From Octopus sinensis (taxonomy: Eukaryota): 64,000 nucleotides of DNA. The notes below the pieces were generated by a model. That model was not told where the DNA came from. It ran no database searches and saw only the letters and a list, made by a program, of their open reading frames with translations. The stretch covers positions 7,626,001-7,690,000 of the forward strand of contig NC_043002.1 in the NCBI RefSeq assembly GCF_006345805.1, given 5' to 3'. The translations under genes and the position numbers were made by a program. This document shows, piece after piece, positions 1 to 12,824 of the stretch. Numbering within the stretch: position 1 is the stretch's first letter; each line of letters opens with the position of its first letter.

Positions 1-218
1 GAGAGAGAGAAAGTGAGAGAGAGAGTGTGTGTGAGAGAGAGAGAGAGAGTGTGTGTGTGAGAGAGAAAGTGAGAGAGAGAGAGAAAGTGTGAGAGAGAGA
101 GAGAAAGTTTGAGAGAGAGAGAAAGTGAGAGAGAGAGAAGGTGTGAGAGAGAGAAAGTGTGAGAGAGAGAGTGAGAGAGAAAGTGTGAGAGGGAGAAAGT
201 GAGAGAGAGAGAGACTCT
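1..218. repeat. Compound (GA)n/(GT)n microsatellite with GAGAAAGTGT interruptions
   Basis: Visible dinucleotide array. Confidence 0.95.
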
Positions 219-232
219 CATTTGTCCATGTA

Positions 233-1523
233 CGAGGGGCGTTCAATAAGTAATGCCCCTGACCCACTTCCCATGGCAGTAGAGCAACGAAACGTGGCAC
301 AGTTATTAGTCTTTTTCTACATAGGAACCACCCAGAGTTACGCATTTCTCCCATCGTTTGATGCAGCTCTGGAGACCGTTTTTGTAGACGTCCCCAGCTT
401 GGTCCTCCAACCACGATGTGACTTCAGAAATCAAGGCTGCATAATCTGGGAAACGCTTTCCTTTGAAAAACAACTTCATGGCTGGGAAGAGGTGAAAATC
501 AGAGGGTGCAAGGTCAGGAGAGTAGGGGAATGGGGGAGGAGTTCATAGCTGCACGCCTGTGCTTCTGATCTAGCGACACGCGAATTGTGGACCGGATCGT
601 TGTCTTGCAGGAGGAGGATGCCTTTGCTGATCTTGCCCCGCCTCTTGAATTTGATAGCTTCTCTTAATTTCCTCAAAGTGAAGCATAATAGGCTCCTGTA
701 ATTGTGGTACCCTTTGCCAGGAAATCTGTCATCACTACTCCGTCCTGGTCCCAGAAGACTGTGAACATGACCTTGCCAGCGGAGGGCTGCACCCTTGCCT
801 TCTTTCGAGGAGGTGAGTCACGGTGCTTCCACTGCATTGACTGGGCTTTGGTCTCTGGATCATAGTGATGGACCCAGGTTTCATCCTGTGTAATCAGTCT
901 TTTGAAAAAGTTTGACTCATCTTCTTGGCACATCTCAAAATTCATCCTCAAGCACTCGACGCGTTCTTGCTTCTGGAAAGGTGTGAGCAACCTGGGAATC
1001 TATCTGGCAGACACCTTTTGCATATGCAAATGGTCATGAATGATAGTTTCCACAGACCCGGTACTAATCTTGACCTCATGGGCTATTTGGCGAATAGTTA
1101 TGCGTCGATCTTCCAAAATGGCAGCCTCAACTTGAAGGACAGATGCCTCATCAATGTCAGAAAGGGGGCGACCAGATCTAGGAGCTATTTCCACAGAGTT
1201 CCGACCATGTTTGAATTCACGATGCCAGCGTTTTACAAGGTCATATGATGGGGCATCATCACCATAAGTTACTTTCATTTCATCAAAAGTCTCCCGTGGT
1301 GTGCGTCCTTTCAAATACAAAAACCGGATCACTGCTCGACACTCAACAGGCTTCATTTCACACTTGAATCAGTTCAAACACCTGTAAATCAAAAACCCCA
1401 ATTACTTCAGAGCTGTAATTTGCCACTCAATCTATAGAGATATAAGTAATTGCACATGTAAAATTCCAGCTAGATCAAACAACTACAAGTGGGTCAGGGG
1501 CATTACTTATTGAACGTCCCTCG
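233..1523 (-). mobile_element. Full-length DD34D mariner transposon (1291 bp), probably irritans-like
   Basis: 37-bp TIRs at 233-269 and 1487-1523 (1 mismatch); TA duplications at 231-232 and 1524-1525; internal transposase. Confidence 0.97.
306..1356 (-). pseudogene. Mariner transposase, about 350 aa, three lesions
   Basis: MKPVECRAVIRFL...GRP HTH region; (W>*)IPRLL; TQDETW; QDN...YSPDLAPSD with 34-residue spacing; ends GGSYVEKD*. TAG stop at 1000-1002; frameshifts near 676 and near 530. Confidence 0.95.
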
Positions 1524-2011
1524 TATAATATGAAGAGGATTTTAAGTCTAGTGGGGCGAAGATTGTAATCTTTTCAAAACATCAAACAATGAGAAGTTCT
1601 CCATATTTCAAGATCTGCATTGAAATGAACGAGCTGGCGGTGGCAGCACTAGAAATAGGATCAGGTGAAGATGAAGAAATAATGGAAGGAGGTGAAGGTA
1701 GAGGTGGTGAATTATGGGTTGTAATTGTATCAGAGCTGCAGTAACAGTAGAAAAGGATGAGAGAGAAATAGAGAGAGAGGCGGGGGGGGGTGAAGAAGTG
1801 AGCGAGTGTAATTTGATATGCAGGAGTTGTGATGCTTCCAGGTTTACCATGTTACCAAGAGTAAGAATGTCTCTTATGCGGCATAAAGAAGAGAACGTAT
1901 TTAATGCAGAACATTCAAAATTGCAATTGAAAATAACAACGTGCCGAAGAATGACAAATATTATGCAAATATTAATTACGACATTAGCTTGTTGCATGTG
2001 ACTTTACAAAC

Positions 2012-2066
2012 GCTTCGGATATTTTACCTCAGTGTCACTTTGATGGCATGCACTGCTCTTTCACGC

Positions 2067-2115
<49 letters not shown>

Positions 2116-2160
2116 TAATAATGATAATAATAATAATAATAATAATAATGATAATAATAA
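2012..2160 (+). mobile_element. Probable LINE 3' terminus followed by (TAA)n
   Basis: Short unique end directly followed by a TAA array that abuts an RLE-LINE fragment. Confidence 0.5.
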
Positions 2161-2712
2161 TAATGTGGAACCTCAAGACTAAAACAGCACCTATTGTCAT
2201 AGGTACCCTAGGATTGTTAGCAAAAGAGGCTGATTGCTACCTAGCTCGGATACCAGGCAGTGGCTCTCATGGATATTGATCCTGAGTGGAAATGTTATCA
2301 TATACATTGTTTTGTCTTGGTTTAAAAGATAGGCAACAGCAAATATTCTGCTCAATACCCCAGATTTGTTTGTCACTTACTTGACCATAGCCGATTAAGC
2401 ATGTCCCTTAGTGGCTGACGATATTTGCATCTCTGATCACGAGCAGAAGTAGTGAAGGAACATCATAGCCATATGTTGAGAGGAATTCTTTGGGGTTTGG
2501 ATAGTTCACCTTTGAAAATATGGATCTTTGGTTCAACATCCTTAAACAACCCTTATTCAGGGACCTTTTCAGCCGAATAGGCTACTCAACCTGAAGAAAA
2601 TTCTAACAGGGCCCACATGCAAGTTCATGAGCTGTTTATCTTGATATGAGATCACCATGTCGCACACATATGGTTCTGATGCATGTGCTTGGTGTACCCT
2701 TATGCAGCAGGG
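2161..2712 (+). mobile_element. R4/Dong-like RLE non-LTR retrotransposon 3' fragment (ORF tail + 3' UTR)
   Basis: MWNLKTKTAPIVIGTLGLL matches the RLE C-terminus (compare WKVRLNCIPVVIGALG at 14.4 kb); UTR segment recurs inverted at 17035-17135. Confidence 0.75.
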
Positions 2713-2964
2713 AATTTTGTCAGTGAACAGGTCGCGGTCTCAAAGCGACAAAAATATTTTGACAAATTAAATTTAAATGTTGAAGTGAATGTAACGGATT
2801 TTGTGTGTTTCTTAAATGGCTTATAAACACCTTCCACGTTGCAATTGTTTTCGTTCCAGCACACGATCTCAGATCAGGTCACTTGCTATGCAAGTACATC
2901 TCCGTAATATATATATATATATATATATATATATCTGTAAATATAATGTGTGACAATTATACGG

Positions 2965-3040
2965 TAGCCAAGATAAAACTCTGAGTTTCGGATGCCGAGG
3001 TGGAAATCCACACCACCATCCATTCAGTTATCTGGCCATC
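2965..3040 (-). ncRNA. Degenerate type I hammerhead-like motif
   Basis: Stem I tggccagataa/ttatcttggcta; core CTGAATG (non-canonical); long stem II; CGAAAC; quasi-palindromic stem III ACTCAGAGT; paralog of 59848-59922. Confidence 0.45.
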
Positions 3041-3173
3041 GGAAAAACGCTATCTAGATCTATATATATTAGGCTCGAAACGTAAAAGACCTTTTCAATT
3101 CCTGAGAGTTAATACATCTGTTTGTTTTGTACACCACCTGTCTTCGTCTTTTGTTGTTTTCGTAAACTGTCCC

Positions 3174-3238
<65 letters not shown>

Positions 3239-3242
3239 ACAA

Positions 3243-3328
<86 letters not shown>

Positions 3329-3334
3329 GTGTGT

Positions 3335-3631
3335 GGAGGCGCAATGGCCTAGTGGTTAGGGCAGCGGACTCGCGGTCGTAGGATCGCGGTTTCGATTCCC
3401 AGACCAGGCGTTGTGAGTGTTTATTGAGCGAAAACACCTAAAAGCTCCACGAGGCTCCGGCAGGGAGTGGTGATCCCTGCTGTACTCTTTCACCACTCTT
3501 TCTCCCACTCTTTCTTCTGTTGGCCTGCTCGCTTAGCCAGCGGGGTGGCGTCATTCAAAGGCTAAAACAATGCGAACGCATTGTGACCAGCGATGTGTAA
3601 AACATCTGAAGGTCTGGTCGGTCACGTGATT

Positions 3632-3638
<7 letters not shown>
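3335..3638 (+). mobile_element. tRNA-derived SINE family A, tail type 2
   Basis: A-box TGGCCTAGTGG, B-box GGTTTCGATTCC; body shared with other A copies; CACGTGAT-repeat tail. Confidence 0.92.
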
Positions 3639-3672
<34 letters not shown>

Positions 3673-4102
3673 TATATAAAAAGAGTCTTTCTTTCTTTGC
3701 TCATCGTCTTAAATTACATATTTATTTTTTTTACTTTCGTAAGTCTGCTCTGTGTTGTTTTGTTTTGTTTGGTTACACCTCGATTCGCTATTTCTTTCGC
3801 AGGCATCGCCGGAATTGGAAGCCCATCATTCTTGTCATGAAGGGCGCGAAACTGAGTATTTCCACTCTGGTGAAGAATTAGGGAGCCTTTGTGTTTTATA
3901 CGTACACGTTTTTAATCTGCTGATTATTTACAATGCAAGTAACGGAACGCAACACACTAATAGACGTTTATATATATATATATGTACATAACTTTCTTTA
4001 TGTCTGTCTATATGTGTGACCCTCCTATTTATCTATATATCTACCTGTCTACGTCCCTATCTATCTATCTATTTATCTGTCTATCTATCCGTCTATCCAT
4101 CA

Positions 4103-4161
<59 letters not shown>

Positions 4162-4333
4162 AGCATACACACACACATATATATGTTTATATACATACAT
4201 ACATACATACACACATACATATATACATACATATATTTATATACATATATACGCATGCATACACACATACATGTACATATGTATATATACATACATACAT
4301 ATATATACATACATACATACATAAATACATACG

Positions 4334-4384
<51 letters not shown>

Positions 4385-4839
4385 CAAATAAAATTATATT
4401 TATTGGCAGGAGAAGAGCACAATATTCTTAAGCCATGTAAAAAAACAGTTGTTGTTAAATAGTTTTATACAGTCGCTACAGTTGTCCAGAGACTCTTTGA
4501 ATAGGGGAGTGGTGGGCAGTTGAATGATATATATGTATGTATGTAATGTATAGAGGTCATGCGTGTGTGTCAGTGTGTCGGGGAGCCTGCGTGGTCGTCT
4601 TCATCGTCTCATTCGTGTGTGTCGTGCAGTTAAAGGTGTTATAATAACAATGCATAAATACATAGGATGAGAAAGCAGGTCACAAACGAGGCATACCATT
4701 GCGATATGTCACAGGTAAGAAAACACCTGCAACTATCTCCAGAAAAAGTGAGCCATGAAGCAGCAATAAATCTATGTTGCACACAGGTTAGGAGTAGACA
4801 AATTAAGAGACAAGTTAAGAGTAGACAGACATATATACA

Positions 4840-5156
4840 CACATGCATACATACATGCGTACATACATACATACATACATACATACAAACATACATACAT
4901 ACATACATACATACAACATACATACATACATACATACATACAAACATACATACATACATACATACATACATACAAACATACATACATACATACATACATA
5001 CATACATACAAACATACATACATACATACATACATACAAACATACATACATACATACATACATACATACAAACATACATACATACAAATATTCATACATA
5101 CGTACGTAAGTACTACATAAATACATACATACATACGTTCGTACATACATACATAT

Positions 5157-5190
<34 letters not shown>

Positions 5191-5359
5191 ATATACATAC
5201 ATACATACATACATACAAACATACATACATACATACATACGTACGTACATACATACATATATACATATATACGTACGTAAGTACTACATAAATACATACA
5301 TACATACGTTCGTACATACATACATATATACATATATACATACATACATACGTACGTTC

Positions 5360-5390
<31 letters not shown>

Positions 5391-5450
5391 CATACATACA
5401 TACATACATACATACATACATACATACATACATACATACATACATGCATG
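4840..5450. repeat. (ACAT)n tetranucleotide array
   Basis: Visible; explains the YIHT/MYVC pseudo-ORFs. Confidence 0.97.
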
Positions 5451-5644
5451 CATGTGTGTATATTCAATTTGGCTACTTATAATTTGGATGTATATGTATA
5501 TATATGTATATAGATATGCATGTAACCATATATATAGAGAGAGAGGTGGATTCACATATTAGTGTAGCTCATTCAGCGGTGGTGCCCCAGCATGGCCGCA
5601 GCCTTCGGGCTGAAACATTTTTAAGGATTTAAAGATTTAAGAGT

Positions 5645-5720
<76 letters not shown>
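5645..5720. repeat. (AGAT)n microsatellite
   Basis: Visible. Confidence 0.95.
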
Positions 5721-6359
5721 AAAAGAGAGAAAGAGAGAGAGATACGTGTTTGTTTATAAATAAATGTATGCATATATGTATATATGGGTGTTTGTGTTTG
5801 CAAACAACTAGTGTATGTATGTATATTATGCTTGTGTGTATGCGTGAATTTTTGAATGTTTTCTATCATATCGTTATAGTCTTCGCGAACATTTGTATGT
5901 ACGTGTGTGTGTGCGCGCGCGTGTACATGTCTGTGTGTGTGTGTGTAAGTATATATGTATATATATTTATACTTAAATGTATTCATGGATATATGTATTT
6001 ATGCGCGCATGCAGAAACACATAGACACATACACACGTACATAATATACACTCACGTCGCACAAATACACATTATATTGCTCCCGACTTCAAAAACAAAT
6101 CCCAAAGTTGTTAGTACTATTACTACTGTTGAATAAATTGGTGCCTAAAATCAAAGGGCCGCCATTCGACTGACTGATATTTGTACGTAGGTAGCAAAGG
6201 GGCGGGAACAGCACGCCATGTGACATATAACAAACCGCAGTCAGACAGCCTGCGCCGACAATCTCTCAATAACAACGAAAGGCAAAACTAGACATATATA
6301 TATAAATACATACACTCACACTACACACAGACACATACACAACGGACAGACATCCAGAC

Positions 6360-6369
6360 TGACAGATAG

Positions 6370-6440
<71 letters not shown>

Positions 6441-6501
6441 GATTTAAATAGAGAGAGAGAGAGAAATAGGTAGATAGATAGGTAGATATATAGATAGGTA
6501 A

Positions 6502-6566
<65 letters not shown>

Positions 6567-6576
6567 GAGAGATAGG

Positions 6577-6613
<37 letters not shown>

Positions 6614-6645
6614 CTAGATAGATAGTTAGATAAATAGATTGACAG

Positions 6646-6736
<91 letters not shown>

Positions 6737-6740
6737 TACA
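6360..6740. repeat. (AGAT)n/(AG)n array
   Basis: Visible. Confidence 0.95.
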
Positions 6741-7249
6741 TGGACATGGACACGTTTGTTTATCTAGACAGCGAATCTTCCTACCATCCAGTCGCCCGCA
6801 CACATATATATCCAAACATCCACGCATCTATCACACACACACACTTACACACTCACAATTAGCAATTGTATAATCAATACTCGTCGTAGCAAACTTTACC
6901 ACACCTATCGACTGAACAGTAAATGCTACCACAACGATAATCACTACTCATACTATTACTACTCCTAATATTATTACAACTACTGCCACCACGTAACAGC
7001 GATAGTATCAACCTCGCCACCACAACTGAAACCTGTTGATTCGACTCATATACTTGCCACTGCCTACCCCATTTGCTAGAAACAGCAGCTAAATCTGCAA
7101 ATCTCTCTGCTAATTCAAACAATTGGCAGAGTTGTTACAGCTTCTGACAAAGAGTCTTGCCGAATATATTTTGCCTTTTTCTTTTTTTCCCCCTTCGAAT
7201 ATCAGTTTTTTGTTGGGGTCACTTTGCGTTTTATCCTTCCATTGTTGAT

Positions 7250-7467
7250 AAATCCTTTCTACTATAGGCACAAAGCCCGAAATTTGGTGGGAGAGGGCCA
7301 ATCGATTTGATCGATCCCAGTACGTAACTGGTACTTAATTTATCGACCCCGAAAGGATGAAAGTCAAAGTCGACCTCGGCGGAATTTGAACTCAGAACGT
7401 AAAGACAGACGAAATACTGCTGAGCATTTCGTCCAGCGTGCTAACGATTCTGCCAGTTCGCCGCCTT
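7250..7467 (-). mobile_element. SINE family B (tail variant 2)
   Basis: Head GGCGGCGAACTGGCAGAA; conserved core GAGGTCGACTTTGACTTTCATCCTTTCGGGGTCGATAAATTAAGTACCAG. Confidence 0.9.
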
Positions 7468-7774
7468 TGAAAATAAGCGGGCCCGTCTTATGCGGTGGAA
7501 TAGCGGAATCATTGGAGCGTCCCATGGGATACAATACGGTATTTGTTTCAAATCCCACCATGGTCTACTAGCGGGAAAGTTAAACCGTCACCTTATCATA
7601 AACCACCACCACCACCATCTGTTCCTTTAGTGACGCCTTTGATAGAAGCCACTTTGATACAAGCATTCGAACAGGTTCCTCTTCATTCGCACCGTGCTCG
7701 GAGACCCTGAAAAGGGTCATAGCGATTACCTTCCCATCTCAATAAGTAATCTAATAAATAAATAAATAACTACA

Positions 7775-8580
7775 AGCACAGGCGTGGTTGTGTGACAAGA
7801 AGCTTGCTCCCCAACCACATGGTATATCGTCTGCCACTACGTTCTGAGTTCAAATTCCGCCGAGGTCGACTTTGCCTTTCATCCTTTCGTGCTCGATAAA
7901 TTAAGTACCAGTTACGCACTGGGGTCAATGTAATCGACTTAATCTCCTTGTCTGTCCTTGTTTGTCCCCTCTGTGTTTAGCCCCTTGTGGGTAGTAAAGA
8001 AAAAGAAGTAGGTATTTCGTCTGTCTTTACGTTCTGAGTTCAAATTCCGCCGAGGTCAACTTTGCCTTTCATCCTTTCGGGGTCGATTATATAAGTACCA
8101 GTTACACACTGGGGTCGATGTAATCGACTTAACTCGTTTATCTGTCCTTGTTTGTCCCTTCTATGTTTAGTCCCTTGTGGGCAATAAAGAAATTAGAAGC
8201 TTGCTTTCCAACCACTTGGTTCTGAGTTCAGTCCCATTGCGTGGGACCTTGGGCAAGTATCTTCTGCAATAGCCTTGGGCCGACCAAAGACTTGTGAGTG
8301 GATTTGACAGACAGAAACTGAAAGAAGCCTGTCGTATATGTGTGTGTGTGTGTGTGTCTCTCTATATCTGTGTTTGTCCCCACTACTGCTTGATAACCGG
8401 TGCTGGTGTGCTTACGTCCCTGTAACTTAGCAGTTCGGCAAAAGAAACCGATAGTATAAGTAACAGACTTAAAAACAACTGGGGTCGATTCATTCGACTA
8501 AAAAACATCTTCAAGGCGATGCTGCCGCATGGCCGCAGTCTAATGACTGAAATAAATAAAAGATGAAGATAAAGATAGAT
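7775..8580 (+). mobile_element. SINE family C interrupted by a family B dimer
   Basis: Head resumes after a duplicated 26-bp target (7798-7823 and 8195-8220); tail CATGGCCGCAGTCTAATGACTGAAA. Confidence 0.88.
7824..8194 (+). mobile_element. 5'-truncated head-to-tail SINE B dimer
   Basis: Two approx. 185-bp units; junction near 8010; flanked by a 26-bp duplication. Confidence 0.9.
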
Positions 8581-8914
8581 AAATTTCAGTAGTTTTTGGA
8601 GGTGGACTGAATGAAAGATGGGATGGTCATATCTGGAACCTCTGAGCAGGGCTGACATGCTGTAAACCAAAACAACACAAAATAGCAATGCTATCAATTC
8701 GACTACTGCAATTATTCCCTCCCATTGAAGAATCCTCTATGTGGTCGTTCGACCTGCTGGAAATAGTAGCCAAATTTTCCTTTAAGCGCTCCCCTACGTA
8801 ATAACAGAAACCGGTAAAAAAATTAGGATTATCATTGCCGGATTACATTTGATCGTGAGCCTGCGCTATCAGGGTTGACCTGGACCTGTAAAACACCTTC
8901 AACAGAACTAACAA

Positions 8915-9003
8915 AAACTACTACTACTACTACTATTATTGCCACTGCTATAGCTACTGCTGCTTCCGCTGCTGTTACTAATACTACTACTGATGCTGCT
9001 GCA

Positions 9004-9046
<43 letters not shown>

Positions 9047-9049
9047 CCG

Positions 9050-9082
<33 letters not shown>

Positions 9083-9121
9083 CTTCAACTACTACTACCA
9101 CTACCACTCCTCCTCCTCCTC

Positions 9122-9158
<37 letters not shown>

Positions 9159-9175
9159 AACTACTACTACTTGTA
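8915..9175. repeat. (ACT)n trinucleotide array
   Basis: Visible; gives poly-T/poly-L/poly-V ORFs. Confidence 0.95.
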
Positions 9176-9440
9176 GTTCTTAAAAAGCTCGCTTTGCAGT
9201 CATGAAATTCCGAGTTCAATCTCAGCAGGTGGTATCAAAGGAAAACATCTGTCACCATAGTCTCGGATCGACCCTCGAGCCTTGTGAAGTGAATGGGGAG
9301 AGAAGGCAGCAGCATTTTACAGATACTTCCGAAGGATTGTACCTGTAATTCAGGTGTCATATATTTTGCCAGGCTGATCCAACCTGAAAATAATAATCCA
9401 ATGAGTATACATGTGCCTGTGAAATACACAGTCACTATAT

Positions 9441-9486
<46 letters not shown>

Positions 9487-9489
<3 letters not shown>

Positions 9490-9800
9490 CGCACTCTCAT
9501 CTCATAACAACAATACGGCACAATTATTTCACCTCAATTGGCCCCGTTCTCTTTAACATTACACCAAAACACATTAAAACAGAAACAGACCCTATAGGGT
9601 TCAAGAAGTCTTTGGACAGATTCCTTCAAGAAATCCCGGATAAACCCCCTACACCCGGATATGTCTCTGTAAACAATAACTCTCTACTTGAGTGGGCCAT
9701 AGTGCCCAAATTCTGACTTGAAAGACTTCACCAGGTGGTGCTATTAAGTTAGACATGGCCTGGGCCAATAATGGCCGAAACCTATCAAAGTATCAAAGTA
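9487..9800 (+). mobile_element. CR1/L2-like LINE 3' end
   Basis: Homologous to 54040-54350, which follows an RT domain; ends in ATCAAAGT tandem tail. Confidence 0.85.
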
Positions 9801-10166
9801 TATATATATAATATATATATATATATATAGTGACGGAATTGACTGAGAATCCATCATGATCATCAGTTACTACAACGGCTGATGGTAGTTCTAATAATTA
9901 TTTTCTAATTTAATCACAGAGCCAGCAAATTTGAGGAGAGAGAGGTTAGTGGATACTAACAGGGCCAGCCCTAGGGTAACTGACGCCGTAAGCGAATCAA
10001 ATTTTTAACGACCCCTCTACAAGGGGGCGGGGTCAAGCGAAGCAAGCCCAACAAGCTGCGGATTTTCCCAAGAAAGTTTTTAGAAATATGAATAAACATA
10101 GGAGCAATTTGAAGTCACTTATAAAGGAAAATTTTTAATTTATTTCTTAAAAATTAATGAAAAAAT

Positions 10167-10685
10167 TTGTTGTGACCTCCTCGGTCATGACTGACCATGG
10201 GATTGCACCTATAAAGTTACCCTCCGAGGCACAAGTCTGAGCAAGGTTGCTAATGGAAGACCAGCAGTTGCCCACGCATACCAGCCTCCCCTCTCCACGC
10301 CACCAGTGTTATCCAAGAGAAAGGCAAAGGCCGATACAGCTTGGGCACCAGTGACGTCGTAGCTCGTTTATTAACGTGCAACTGGCTGAGCACTCCACAG
10401 ACACGTGTACCCTTAACGTAGTCCTCGGGGAGATTCAGCGTGACACAGTGTGTGACAAGGCTGGCCCTTTTTTGAAATACAGGTACAACAGAAACAAGAA
10501 GAAAGTATGAGAGAAAGTTGTGGTGAAAGAGTACAGCAGGGGTCGCCACCACCCCCTACCGGAGCCTCGTGGAGCTTTAGGTGTTTTCGTTCAATAAACA
10601 CTCACAATGCCCGGTCTGAGAATCGAAACCGCGATCCTACGACCGCGAGTCCGCTGTCCTAACCACTGGGCCATTGCTCCTCCAC
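10167..10685 (-). mobile_element. SINE family A, tail type 5
   Basis: tRNA head at 10685; 11-bp TSD aatg(a/g)aaaaat at 10156-10166 and 10686-10696. Confidence 0.9.
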
Positions 10686-11154
10686 AATGGAAAAATACAT
10701 AACTAATAAACATAATGTATTAAAAATTTAATATTTTACTAATCGGATGCAAACAAATATGGTAACCAAACAGTAGTTCACCAAGCCCTTGTCTGTATTC
10801 TCTTTCTTTGATTGGATTTGACTCAAAGTTTTTTTTTTATTATTATTATTGGTTGTTGAAATATTTAAATACTGTTGTTTTTTACTCTTAGTACTTAACA
10901 GCTAATTTTGCCAGCTTTCTGTCTTGCAAAATCTTTTACAATCTTTGGGAGTGGAAGTTTTATTCAAATTTTATGTTCTCTAGAAATCGTAGTTTGTCCG
11001 GTGAACCTCTCTTGGGCCATTGAAGTTCTTAGATATGTCTTTATTAATTTCAGTTTTGAAAAACTACGCTCTCTGCTTGCGACACTTACTGGTAAGGTTA
11101 GCAGGATTCCGAGAGCGATGTACAAATTTGGAAAGCGATCTCTTTATTGCTGCT

Positions 11155-11535
11155 GTTATTGTTGCTGTTGAGCGAACGGTCTTCGTCTCAGAGCTCGCAA
11201 GATGGGAGAAGTCCGAAACGTGGTCCTTTGCTATTCGTAAGACCCGCAGAAGAGAAAGCAGGTCAACCCCCGACACCGAGAGCATGACAGATGGATGAAT
11301 GCGCATCCAGGCTCAGCGGTTGCGTAGGAAGTCGGGGACAAGAAACAGGAAGAAAGAGTGAGAGAAAGTTGGAGCGAAAGAATACAACAGGGGTCGCCAC
11401 CACCCCCTGCCGGAGCCCCGTGGAACTTTAGGTGTTTTCGCTCAATAAACACACACAACGCCCGGTCTGGGAATCGAAACCGCGATCCTCCGACCGCGAG
11501 TCCGCTGTCTTAACCATTGGGCCATTGCGCCTCCA
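11155..11535 (-). mobile_element. SINE family A, tail type 3
   Basis: 15-bp TSD ctcttt(a/g)ttgctgct at 11140-11154 and 11536-11550; splits the hAT ORF. Confidence 0.92.
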
Positions 11536-12006
11536 CTCTTTGTTGCTGCTTGCAAAGCAGCTCAAGCAATTTCAGAGGACCATAGGATTTTTCAAGTCTT
11601 CATATAACATTCATCCATTAGACAAATCTTCAGCATCAGTATCCTTCGGCTCTCCAACCTGCAGCGCAGACTCAAGTTTTATGCAAAATTCCATTACTTT
11701 ATATTGCAAAGATTTTATATCATACAGAAAGCTGAAGGTGGAATTTACTTGTTCCATTTGTCCAAAGCGTTCTGAAACTGTATATATGCATTTTTATATA
11801 CACATGCCCAAGTATGTGCATGTATTTATGCAGGTATGTATGCTTGTGTATGTATGTACCGTAGAGTACAAAGGAGAGAAAAGATTATTTAAAACTTATT
11901 GCTGAGTTTTGCACGCTTTTTGCCAGCTGAAAACACTTCACTTTCACACTTCCGAGATTGCCTGATGCAAGAAGCGTTGTATTCCAACTTAAAATATTAT
12001 ACAAAG

Positions 12007-12050
<44 letters not shown>

Positions 12051-12763
12051 TACATATTATATAGTATATGATGCATCGAACAAATATACTTCATGCTAGT
12101 TATACTCCTCTATACGTAGATCGACCGATGAATCTTACAAATCTTACGAAGCTGAATGGATAATGGTAAACGGTTCCTGAAAAATGTGTTGCAGTATTGC
12201 TACAATCCAATGAGTGAAATCATTAAAAGTAGGATTTTTTTTTAAATTAAAATAAAAGAAAGAAACTTTTTGCTAGAGTTATGACCTCCATAATAGTTAT
12301 ATAATTGTTTAATATGAAGAAACACCCTCTAAGCATTTTATTAACTGTGTGAAGACATTAAAATCATACTTGGATGAGTTTTCTTTTCAAATAAATCGTT
12401 TCACATAAGGCCAGCAACATCAACAGGCAACATATGTTAAATATGTTAACATATGTTAGGAGATTTAAGTATGAAATGGGAATTTATTCCTAAAAAATAA
12501 AGTTGTAATGGTATAACAGATTGGTACGAAGGTGAAAGCAAACAATATATTCTTGTAAATACAATACACGTAACAAATGTATCAGCAGTGAATACTCATC
12601 CGACGAGCTGGCCATTATTGGCTACAAATCAGCGATGATAGTAAAAATGTTATCTCGAACACAAGAAGGATAAATATATAAACTATTCGACATTTGTAAC
12701 ATCAGTGATTTATCAATCACTGTTTTCCTATATCAATGACAACGGATTTTGCTTTCACAAGCG

Positions 12764-12824
12764 GTTGCCAGTAGCTACTTGCTACTGATGAAGCCCAGAC
12801 AGGCAGAAACGTGTATCTGGTAAC
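12764..12824 (+). ncRNA. Minimal type I hammerhead-like ribozyme
   Basis: CTGATGA-A-GCC(cagaca)GGC-A-GAAAC-GT-GTA; 8-bp stem I gttgccag/ctggtaac. Confidence 0.6.

Larger units (their letters stand above)
9960..11790 (-). mobile_element. hAT transposon 3' portion with two nested SINEs
   Basis: Minus-strand NLYIALGILLTLPVSVASRERSFSKLKLIKTYLRTSMAQERF (hAT dimerization motif) near 10990-11130; CAGGGCCAGCCCTAGG terminus-like end at 9960 (link to transposase inferred). Confidence 0.75.

Noticed and set aside
3335-3415. tRNA gene calls for SINE heads
   Set aside because: A/B boxes are present, but there is no complete cloverleaf or acceptor stem and the sequence continues into a shared SINE body.
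9750-9782. Hammerhead in the CR1/L2-like 3' end (GGCC-aataat-GGCC-GAAAC; also near 54305-54332)
   Set aside because: The CUGANGA core is absent in both copies; more likely the LINE 3' recognition stem-loop.
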